64,000 bases of DNA, taken from Harriotta raleighana (lineage: Eukaryota). Below are positions 29,901 through 41,900 of this stretch, piece after piece. The notes below the pieces were generated by a model, which saw only the letters and a list, made by a program, of their open reading frames with translations, was not told where the DNA came from and made no database searches. The stretch covers positions 4,680,261 through 4,744,260 of the forward strand of contig JBNZDD010013718.1 in assembly GCA_050575255.1 (NCBI GenBank), written 5' to 3'. Numbering within the stretch: the first letter of the stretch is position 1; each line of letters begins with the position of its first letter. The position numbers and the translations under genes were made by a program.

Positions 29901-32900
29901 CATCAAAAGAAAGTAACATTGCTTGTTTAATAACATACAGAAGTAACTTCTAACCAACACTCTCATGGTTAACGTATGTAATCCAGTGTGTGTATATNTT
30001 GTTTAATAACATACAGAAGTAACTTCTAACCAACACTCTCATGGTTAATGTATGTAATCCAGTGTGTGTANATATCCATCATGTCAGAAAAGGTTTAGTA
30101 AATGTTTTTCTTGTGTCTGCAGAGCGTAAGTGATGACACACAGATTTGTAAATGAACTGTGTGGTTGAGTTGAAAGATCATTAGAAAAGTCTGCATGCTC
30201 ATGTCTCTCCAGATTCGGGCATATCTCAGCAAACATGTATCGTTAGATCCACACATTGGTGAAAGATTTCCAAGTGAAAGATGCAATAACCAGCAAAGGC
30301 TTGGGATAAAATGACACGCTTTCACTGCACCTAATATTTCTAAAGCTGTTTCATACAGATCAGGATTGTATATGACAGCAAATCTGTACAGTGCACAAAT
30401 TGCCTGCTGTGTTATACTACAAAATATGCAGTTTATCATGTTGCACTGTGCCCTGTGAAGTACTTGGGATTGTCCTTCTGAAATGAAAAGTGCTACATTA
30501 AAGGCAAGGATTGTTTTTTGTATTGGTGGGGTAAAAGGGTGTTCAGGCATTCTGAAAATAACAGTGAGAAAGGAAGGATCTCCTCGTATAATACTGTTGC
30601 ATTGTACTTTAAAATTAAAAGAGAAACTTGTTTTTTGTTGCTAGCTGTTTTAAAACATCATGAGGCCAATTTTGAAAGAGGGAAATGCATTGAAGAACTG
30701 AAAATATTGGGAATATTTGTTTCTGCCAAAGGATCAAAGACATTCTTTCTTTATGATTCCAACCCATGTTTGTACTGCTGGAAGTGAAGTGAAGTGATTT
30801 TGATTCCAGCAGTAGAGTGAGGTGGAGCAGAAGCATCCACTTCCCATTGAATTCATTCAGGCTGTAACAAGAAAAACAAATTTAGGAGTTCTGCATGCAG
30901 GGAAGCATATGTGGAAAATATTGAAGCCAAAGTCTCTCTCAATCATGCTAATCGTCCCTGGTTTATTAAAACACTTTCTGCACGTAAATACAATATTATA
31001 TGACTATTCTGTCATGAAGTTTCCATTATTATTTAATTTAAGAACTCTTGTCAAATAGGTGGTGCTGAAACCTACTGCATAAAACATTGGTCACATGAGC
31101 CAAACATGACAGCAGAACCTTATTTAAATCTGTCATTGAAAAATGGCAAAAACCCGACAGGGATATTTCCCATCAGTCTTAAATACTGTACACAGGATCA
31201 CATTTACTGTTCTCTTCCAAATATTTAGGGGCAAGAATAATTGTTTTTCTCTGTTGATGTTCCTTTTCGTTGTTTTAAAGTCAGCCAAAGCAAAGTTTAA
31301 TATTATTTTAAGTCATGTTATTTTATTTATGCTGATTTAACTTGCTGATGGATGTTAATTACTCATTGCTCTCTATATATTTTTTTGTTTGAATTACTGC
31401 ACGCTTGGCTTGAGTAAATTGAAACTAGCTCCTTCTTTTCCCAATTTTATTTTCCTCCGTATATTTTGATCTTGCAACAGTAGCTTAAACTGGACACGAT
31501 GTGAGCGTAATGATGAAAGGATCTTCTGGTTTTAAAAGTGAAGGGTAATGTTTTCTTTTGAAGATGAAAATTGAAACAGATGATCCTCATAAATCCAGAA
31601 ACAGACACTGCCAGAATTGGAAGAAGAATCAAATAACAAAAGAATTCTTCGCACAGGAACAGACAACTGCATCCAATATGAGCAGCTCTTCTTTGATNAA
31701 GAAGAATCAAATAACAAAAGAATTCTTCGCACAGGAACAGACAACTGCGTCCAATATGAGCAGCTCTTCTTTGATAATCCTGNTTCTTCGCACAGGAACA
31801 GACAACTGCATCCAATATGAGCAGCTCTTCTTTGATAACCCCACATACTTGCCTTCTCATCAAACCCCTGAAAGTCCTCTCCTTGCAGAAACATATCGCT
31901 TGAACATACCACTTGAACTCATTTATCGTGTCTGCTTCAATGGTAGCTTATTCCCAAATTCTGTTGCCCTTTGGTGTGATTCTCCAGGTATATTTTTGGG
32001 ACATTTAGAAGTGCGCTTACAATGGTAATTCTCATTATAAAACCAGATTGATAAAGCGCACTTTTTGTGTAACAAAGTTCCACCTAATTTCCCTTCTTAT
32101 TCCCTTCAAACATACCATTGCCAAGCACATTACCTGGGAGCCATGGTTTCATCTCTTGCACAGAGAGAAAAAAAATCTTAAGTAATTAATAGGCACAACA
32201 CTGATAATCACTTTGATAAAAATAAGAAATATGCATTATCACTCCAAATTTATACTGTGAGTGTAGAAATGTGCAGTATTATAGCTTAAGATAGGTATTT
32301 CAATGCCTTGGGACGACCTCTTGACGTGAAAGGCACTCTAGAAATGTAATTTTATTGTTGTTGTAAGATGTAGATGGAAATGAACAGAAAGGAAAGAGGT
32401 TGCAGGTTTGGCTTGAATGAATTCCACTAGCTGCAATTGGTGCAAAGCAAACATTGTAAGATTGTAGCTTAAAGCTTGAAATGTTGTAGACTAGTTTTAA
32501 CTTTCTGATATTAATGAAGACCTGATATGTCAGCAGCTTTTCATTCAGTTCCTTTTCTTTTTGGAGCTTACTAGGGAAAGTTTGCCAAAGCATATAATGC
32601 TTCATGATTTTGTAGTATTCAACAATAAAGTTCAATTGAGTGCATCTCAGTGGACAACAGAGATTGACAATTCAAATCCTCGACTGATGACAATTGTACT
32701 TTGGCTTCCCACTCATTGGAAACAAGATTAAGATTAATTGCATTTAGTTAATTCATGATTCTCAACAAGAACCCAACCCGATTATGAAATATGATCAATT
32801 TCAGTCAGTTACTTGCTGATGTGTTTTGAACTTTATACAGCTGTAGTCCGAAGGAACCTTGTTTTTCATCACTTGAGTAGTGACATTGTGCTCTCGGCTG

Positions 32901-35900
32901 CTGCCAGGCTTCTTTATGGATGGATTTCTTAGTGTTTTTTTGCTGAGTGATACAGTCCTAAGAAACGCACATTATTCAAAATCCCGTCAAATCCAGATAA
33001 AGTTACATCAACGAGGTACAATGGAACAGACGTTTATTTAACAACTTTTTCAAAGGATTTAATCAATTCAACATAAACTGCTTTGGCTGGGAATCTGTTC
33101 TACAGGGCCACACTTGCTGACAGAAAGCCTATGTTTGTCCTTGAGATCTGGGTTCACAGTCAAACAGTTTTAAAAACCAAGATCAGGTTTCTATGCCCCT
33201 CGATTTTCTTTTCTTCAATAAAAAAGAAGTTTAGTTTTGTGAGTCTCTCATCAAAATTTAAGAGCTCGGTATTCCCAAATCATTCCCCTTGATCTTCACT
33301 CAACTTTCACCAATGCATCAAAGTCCTTTTTGACGGCAGGGTGCCCAAAGTTGTACACGGTTTTTCAAATGTGGCCTTGCTAGTAATCTGTTCAAAGCTA
33401 GAAAAACACGGTTTAACTTGTAGTCAAATAGCTTTAGATCCATACTGGTATTTGATTAATTTTGTTGATAGCAGCTTCACACTGACTGAAAACATTCAGT
33501 TTATGATCACTCATCGCACCCAGATTATTTTCTTCCTTGACCTTTGCTAATGAACATTGTTTCATCATGTCCCTAGGTTTTGCTGTTTCCCATTTCTACA
33601 TGCATTACTTTCCATTCATCCACATTAAAAGTCCCTCTGCTGTTACTTAGCTAATTACCATAATTGTTTCAGATCACGAATGCCATTTGACCTCCTTGTA
33701 TTTACCACACAGCTTGTCATGAATGACAAATTTTATAATGAGAAGATACTCACTGAGTCATTTATATTTATGAATCGTGTGAATAACAGGAAATGCAGAA
33801 CCCTTGTAGAAATTTACTCATCAGTTTTACTTCAGGCTTTATAATAATTGTGGATAATTTAACATTGCCAACTAATCTTACCTTACATTTAATCTGCATT
33901 TGATTGTTTTTTTAATATTCAGATCTCAGCGTAACAGAGGCTAATTTTATGGGTTTTTAAAAAAAAAATCAATGAGCTTGTACCAAAACCAGTTTCCACA
34001 ACCAGTAAGCAAAACAAATCTGAGTGTTCCCCTTTTGCACATGGTGAAACAATGTAAAATTAAAATTCAGGGTAGTTGGATTTCTCTTCAACACAGCTGC
34101 AAAGTTTAGAAAAGTGAGCAGGGATTTCTGTTCATAAGTAACATGGAAATTCATCATTTTCAAAAATAGGATTCCTTAATGGCCATCTGTGAGATCAGGG
34201 TTGACCTTTATCTCTTTTTTTCCTACAGTGAATGTGAAGCAAGTCTCCAGAGGTTTAAAAAAAAACTAGCAGTGCATATAAATATCTTGGCCAAGAGAAC
34301 CACCCAGCAATATATTTCATCACAGGGCTGTTGTTGATTATAGCTTCTATCGCAAATTATCAGCATCTGATTAAAATAAAGCTGGTTTAATGGAGCTTGG
34401 GCAAACTAAAACCTGAAGCTGTAAATAACATTCCTCCCACCAAGTGGTAATGTTCTTTAATGTGTAATTTCTTCTACTTATCAGATGGAACACACGATCT
34501 TGGAAGCAATGTACTGCTACTTGTGGAGTTGGAATACAGACGAGGGATGTTTTCTGCATACGTATAATAGCACATGCTGCCGATGACACCACTATCGTTC
34601 CTGATGAAGAATGTTTGGCTCCTAAACCCTCTGAACTTCAGGCCTGTAACCAGTTTGACTGCCCTCCATCATGGCACAAAGAAAAATGGCAACAGGTAAA
34701 GGAGCTTTAATCAAGTGTTTGTAGGAAGAATACCAAACTGATATCACAAGCCCATTTTGGTCAATCCTTTGAATGTTCAGTTGGTTGGTAAAGGTCTAAA
34801 AAGAGAAGAAAGTTCCTCTCGGTATCCTGGTCAACAATCCTTCAGATACAACTGGTCATTTACTGCACGACACCGGAAATGGGCAACTGCGTACACCTAC
34901 AGATTATACACACACTATGCTTTACAGTAAATCCCGTGAAGCGCTTTGAAATGTCCTCCCGATATGAAAGGCACCGTACTAAATGCAAATATTTTATTTT
35001 TGAAACAATGTATATATTCAAGAAGCCAAAGTTTTTATTGTGGTTATTTCAAAGCCCAGATAAGATGATGTAAAGTGTTGTGCATAGCCATCTCCGTGCT
35101 GAATGATCAGACGCACTTTAATTCAAATTGATAGACACTAAATGTGAAATCTTTTAAGTGCAACTTTGCCGTGACCTAGTATATGTGCCAGACAGGATCA
35201 GATTGCCAGAGCCGTAGTTTTCCTCTGGGAAGAGAATGATGGGGGATTTGAATCAGACTGTTTACGCCAGCCTGATTCAAATTACACTGGTTCACAGCCA
35301 ACTTCAGGAGGTGAGAGTTTTTTCTCCAACCTAAAATTGGAGTAAATAACCGCTTTACATTTACACTGGCAATGCTGATGTGAAACAGCTGCAGATTTAG
35401 AGCGCACATAAAATGGAACTGTGGGATGATTGAGAAAACAAAAGAGAGTCGGTTGTAAAATAATCATTCCGTTAAAATAATGCACATCTGACACACTGTG
35501 AATGTGGCACTTCCACCGATGCTGATCCTAAGAAGGAATGTCGCAAACTCATTTTTGATTGTTATCGAGAGCCTCTGCTGGAAGATATGTGTGAGCGTTT
35601 GTGGAGGTGTCAGATGAGGACACCCGTCCCCCATGATCAAATAACTGCCAAAGGTTTTTCTATTTTTATAATAAATAAAGGAATTTGTTAGTTCAATTTA
35701 AAAAAAAATAAAAAAAAATTGGAAGCACTTGGAGATGCACAATCTCCATAAAGACACAATATATGTGCCAGCGGTTTAGACGGTAAACTCACTGTTGACT
35801 TTGGACCTGAATGTACTGAATGACATCAATACTGTCAAATGCTGGAAGTCAAGTGATATTACTTCTAGTGTTGGAGAAATATGGAGCAGAAAGCCTGGAT

Positions 35901-38900
35901 TATACTTCCTGCTCCTCATTACGTTGATTAGGAGACTGTAACCTCACACTTAAACCTCCTAATCCCTACACATGCTCAGCTTTGGGTGTCGTGTTTTTTT
36001 CAACACCAATAAAGAGCCAGACACACAAAAATTGGAATGGAAAGAAGAGAAGGTTAATGTTTAATAAGCTCTGTTTAACAAGTTAATTATTTCATGTTCT
36101 CATTACATTTTTTGATGCAGTGTTCACAAACGTGTGGAGGAGGCCTGCAGTATCGCAAAGTGCAGTGCAAGCATCTTGTGACTGATGGGAGTTTTCTAAC
36201 CCTTCCAGAGGAGTTCTGCCTGGATCCCAAGCCACTTCCACAGAAGCCTTGTGTGAACATTGACTGTGCCCCGCACCTGGCTTTAGGAGGGTGGTCAGAG
36301 GTAAATAGAGAACATGGGTATCATTTACAAAGTTATCTCACCATGAAGAGTTTGTCAAATGTATATTTAACAGAACTGTTGTTGTGTGAAACAGCTAACC
36401 CTAACTCTCTTTCAACACTAAACAGTGTCATTGATTCAATGTTAAAATTTACTTTAGCGATTTTACAACTAATGCTGCAAGGATGGTATGAACATTTACC
36501 AGTTTGCTAAAAGGTTTTCTTGTTTTGTTTTAGCAATAAAATGATCAGCATGGTCTCTGTTTTAGCATCTTATCTGACGTTAATTTAATTAAGTTGAAGC
36601 TGCCTGAAATATAAGTACAGTACTCACTCGAGATTGTTGCCAATTCACACTGAAATGATTGAAGGTATAATAGACAAGATGGTTTTATATTCTGTTTTCA
36701 TATCTCTCACTTCCAGTGTTCTGTAAGCTGTGGAGAAGGGATTCAGAGAAGAGAGTGGATCTGCCATAAGCTCACAGCTAACGGTCAGCAGATCACAATA
36801 AACCAATCGATGTGCACTGGATTCCCCATCCCATCGCTGTTTAAAACTTGTAACTTGCCTGTCTGTAAAAGTAAGTGACTCATAATAAGTTACAAGCAGT
36901 CCGAATCAAAATAACCAGTTCTGTTGGTTTGTAGGAAACTAAGCATTGCAAAAACCCTACAAAAACTTTCTGTCTTTACCAATACATTCACAGTAACGTG
37001 CAAGTGCTGTACGGAGAATGACAGCCTGGTTCCCACTGAAGTTTCTTACTCTCCAGATATTCCCAAACTTACACCTTTGTCCTCGCCAAGTTCCACTGGC
37101 TCCCTATCTTCAAACTTATCAACATCAAGGTCCGCACTCTCACCTATAAATCCCTTCACTCCGGAGCACCTCCCTATCGCTCCGAACTGTCTCAACCCAA
37201 CTCCTCTAATTGCCCTGACTGCTAAGTGAACGCAGGCATGCTACATGCCCACAGCCCCATTGCATCAATATTAGTGTCTGTGCCTTCATTATGTGCCCCT
37301 AAACTCTATAATAAAAAATAATAATCCTTGTATATGATATTAGATGTGTCAAAGCGCTTCGCAGAATATAGTGTAAAGTGGATTGAATGTGTGTTTGTGT
37401 GCAAATCATGTCAGCTAATTGCACACAGCAGCACCCCCACAAACAGTCATGGATTGAAGTGACCAATTTATTATTGGGGGGGGGTTACCTTGAGAGATTT
37501 TGAGGATTGAGATATCCATTCACGCAGTTTCTTCACGGTCAAAATTGTTAATTTTCCAGCTTTTCATTCAATTTATTTGCCTGACATTTGAGAATACAGT
37601 GATTTTACAACAAGGTCATGTAGCTGAAAAGATTGTGGAGTCCTGTAATTCAGTGGTTAGACCACTCGCCTTACAAGCGAGAGGCCTGGGTTCGTTTCCA
37701 GGCAGGGCAAAACCTTGGGCAAGTTTCCCTATTCCACATGCCTGATACTAAACCTTCACAAAGATTAATATTAAATTGGTCATTTCAATCCACTACTGAT
37801 TGTGGGACACTGCTGTGCGTAATTGACTGCTGCGTTTCGCCCATAAATATATCAAGTCAATTCACTTTACAGTACATTCTGTGAAGCGCTTTGAGACGTC
37901 TAGAAGATGTGAAAAGCACTATATCAAATGCAAGAATTATAGGTTTATTTTCAAAGGATTATTATCAGGCCTGTGGAATAAGGAAACTTGCCCAAGCTTT
38001 CTCCCAGCTGATCACCTCCACCATCTCCATCATCTTTAATCTTCCTTCTTCCTTGGTTAGTGTCCAACCAGGTCTTTGTGAAGTATTCTGAGACATTACC
38101 ATACATGGAAGTTGTAGATATTGTTAAAAAAATTGAAAATTTCAGAGCCTGTGTTGGTTCTGCAGTTAACAGTTTCAAAGTTTCCTCTCCCCTCTCCCCC
38201 CATTTGTTCAATTTAAGAATCATATGCAGATGTTTAAACATTCACATGTATGAAATGTTCTTTTAATTAAGTAAAACAGATTTTTGTTGGTTGACAATTA
38301 TTTTCCTGGAAAATTCCCAGTCCTTGTTTGCCAAACGTCTGCAGGCTCTAACATTTGAAGCAGATCCAGCAGATTTCAAGACCTATTGCTTGCATTATGA
38401 AAAAAACATGAGCAACACACTACGCATAGACTCCAGACACGTATAGTTGATGTATTGCAACCTTAAAGAAAAATACACTGATCAAGATTGAAGCATGTCA
38501 GCTCAGAAATAGAAATTTTTCTCTTTACTCATTCCAGGTCCACCCCAAGCATTTCCCAGTCAGGTTTGACATGGTTATATCCAGGATAGAGCTCCTGCTA
38601 AACTCTCTCAACAATGTTCTATAGTGTGTCATTGGCAAGCTGACAATGTAGTAGTTTTACCCTAGATAAACATTTGCAGGAACTTTGCATTTTTCCATTC
38701 CCTTCCAAGAGCCAGTGGCAGGGAATTTCTAAGTGGGGTTTTTCCCGATCAGGACAACATAAAGCCATTGGCAGGGGGCAATTCCAGGTGGAAAGCTCAA
38801 ACCTTTTTAAAATGCATTTCTTTCATGTTTTTCATCACCTTGTTTGTTCTCTGTTCAAAAGTTGTCAGCGGGTAACTTCACCATGTGCATTCAAACCCAT

Positions 38901-41900
38901 TCTTAAAGCCCCTTTCTGGGCTGTGCGTGAGAGCACTGTTTCAAATCAAGCCCAATATATCAAATGCATCCTGTGTGCCACTGGCTTAGTCTTTGGCAAG
39001 CAAGTTGAATTAGTCTTTGGGAAAAAGAGTTGGTAGAAAAAGATGTCTTGCTGTTCACATCACAGCAGGAAGGGTGGTGGGAACATAACCTCTTACAAGC
39101 TGAGTAACCTTCAGGCTTTGTTACTGTTGCTCCTGAAAATAAGCTACTCTACTTTCCAAACATGTTTGCTGAATAGAATAAGTAGTACTGCTTCCAAGTA
39201 CTGTACTTCAGTTTTAGTAGAACCTGTCCAAAGCATTTTCTTCATGTTTTACTTGTGCATTTTCTAGAGCTCAGGAAGACCCCCAAAACAAAGGCTTCAC
39301 GCAAGCAAAGTACCCGGGAACCTCAGATCCTTGGTCTCCAACGAGTCTATATTCAAACCAGGCAGGAAAAACGGATGCATTTCACCATCGGTGGTCGGGC
39401 ATATCTGCTTCCAAAAACCTCTGTAGTGATTAAATGCCCCATAAGACGATTTCAGAAATCCTTAATCAGGTGGGAAAAAGATGGCCAAGGGCTGCAAAAT
39501 ACCAAACGAATTGGTGTCACTAAATCGGGTTCACTGAAAATTCATCACCTCAAAGATGAGGATATTGGAATATATAGCTGCATTGCTGGACCAACAAGTG
39601 ATACTTTTGTCCTCAAGCTGATCGGCAATGATAACAGATTAATTGAATCACCTGTGCCTTCTAAACCAAAAACGGGACAAGATTTGGGATCAGAGAAAAC
39701 TGGCCACAATGGGTCTAACAGATTGGAAGATAAATGGACTCAACTGGGCAAAATGTGGCACAACTGGAGCGAAAAGAATGAATTTTATGTGGACGATAGC
39801 CGGGCCTCTGACCGTGTTTTCCTCCGCCTTCTTGGAAATCATTTGGCTTCAAAGGGAAAGAAGAACTCAGCAGATCTATATGATTCTCGAGAACTTTGCG
39901 ATAAGCAACTCAAAGCTGCAATTTTCCAGGGAGCCTACAGTATGGACGCCGATCAGTTTGAAGAACTTTTACGCAACGTGAGTCTGTGGATCGAGTCTGG
40001 TGAATTACCGGAAGATTATGCCTCGCTGCTCATGCATCAGTTAGCAGCCGAAGCCTCAAGACCGGAACCAACAGTAGAGAAGTGGAAAATGCATCTTGAG
40101 GAGAATGCATCGAAAGCAAAATTCTTAGATAAAACCCCGAACGTCTCTGAAACCTTTAGTGATAAAGATGTCAATCGTCAGACAGAGAAAGAAAAGCTTC
40201 CCATGATTTTACGGAATAAACTTACCCATGTATTTCTGGAGAAAAATATCAATGTAACAATTGGCACACTGGCATTCTTGACAAACCGTACTGTACGGGT
40301 GACTTTACTGTGTCAAGCTGCTAGATCTCACGAGCAACAGATCTCTTGGACCAAAGATGGTTTTCCTGTCATGCTTTGTAAAAGGTACGAAAATGACCCT
40401 TTTTTTTTTACAAAACATTTAACCTCAGTCAAGAGTGTATCAAATAATTCAGATAAACCTTTGAACTCATCCTGTACAGCTTTAGAGAGCAACTGGTCCA
40501 GTGCCACGTAGAGAAATGTGTACAAATTCTGACCACTGTACTTCTGGATTAGGGACTTGCTGCAATTGAGAAAGTGTACAATACATGGTAATTCAACTAT
40601 TTATTCAGATCAGACCCCAAGACGATGAGGAAAGGCAGCAGAAACTGGTAATGTTTACATTGGAGAGCAGAACACTTGGGGAAGATCTTGATGAATTTTT
40701 CGAGAGACTGAGGGATGTAGATACATCAAGCCCAAATAATATTTTGGCGTGAAACCACAAAAATTTACAACGCGGAGGGAATGGCACAAGCTCCAGAAGT
40801 AAAGAAACAGCTTTGGGTTGACTATTTTGCACAGAGGTTGTTATATATGGAATGAACTGTCCTGGCGGACAGTCATTCATGAGGGAGCTGGATGGAGTTT
40901 TGTTGAAAGAAGTGATTGAGGGGTGCAAGTGATAGAAATGATCTGGTATTTTGTCTTTTCCGGTCTTGAACATTCCTATGAGTATCAATGCCTTTTCACA
41001 GTAGAATCCAAGTATGCATGGCAGCGCTGTCAGAGAATGAGTCAGAGGTCATTATTAGAGCAGTTTTTATGAGACTGCACACGAGACATTTGCTAATGGA
41101 AACCACATTGTCTAAAATTGAACATTTAAAAATTATAGTGTATTTTTTATATTATAAAGTTATTCCAGGAAATAATTTGTGTAACTTTAAAAAAAAATTC
41201 ATCCATACGCTTGAGTAAGTATCCTAAAAGTACTCTACTCGCTTCCGTATTTTATTGTGCATTTAGATTGTCACTAGTTCAATATTCCATTCATCCCTTT
41301 TACATGTACAGTTAACCCTCGTCGAACACGACTTTATTGATTGCAAATTCAAGTTACGCGACCAAACAAAAGCATCACTTTTTTTGTGCAGCTCGCCTAA
41401 AACTTGTGTATACGCGCTGGCTGGCCTCTGCACGCATGCGCAACGGTGAGGACTAAATCCGATGATTCCTTGGCTGGGCGGTCCGGCGCACAAATGCACT
41501 TTTGACGAGGCTAGCAGATAGTGACTAAAGCTGATGATTCCTCAGCTGGCTGGCCCTGCACGCAATTCAACTTTGGGTAAATACAATAACTCTTCGGCCT
41601 CGGAGAATCCTATGGCATTGCATGGCAAACAGAAGAGACAGAGAGAGAGAGAGAGTCTCCTACAGTAATGTATCCTAGCTGTTTTATCGTTTTATTGCTT
41701 TTTTTTATTGCTTTACTGCTTTGTCATCGCTTTATTATGGCAATAAAGCGATAACAAAGGTGGCTGTAACCTTTCTGCGTCTCCTGTCCCAACTACCTAC
41801 GGCTCTCTGCCCCCCACCCACCCCCGAGCGGCTCTCTGCTCCCCCCACCCCCACCTCCAAGCGGATTTCTGCCCCCACCCAACCCGAGTCCCCCCACCCC

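Noticed and set aside
31447-32028. Overlapping ORFs with repeated peptides
   Set aside because: The repeats come from N-joined assembly duplicates, and the 3' part resembles a decayed antisense CR1 end. Splicing into it from 28776 would give an immediate stop, with no supporting evidence.
37637-37712. tRNA gene
   Set aside because: It is a tRNA-like SINE head that continues into the SINE body, and the cloverleaf is imperfect.
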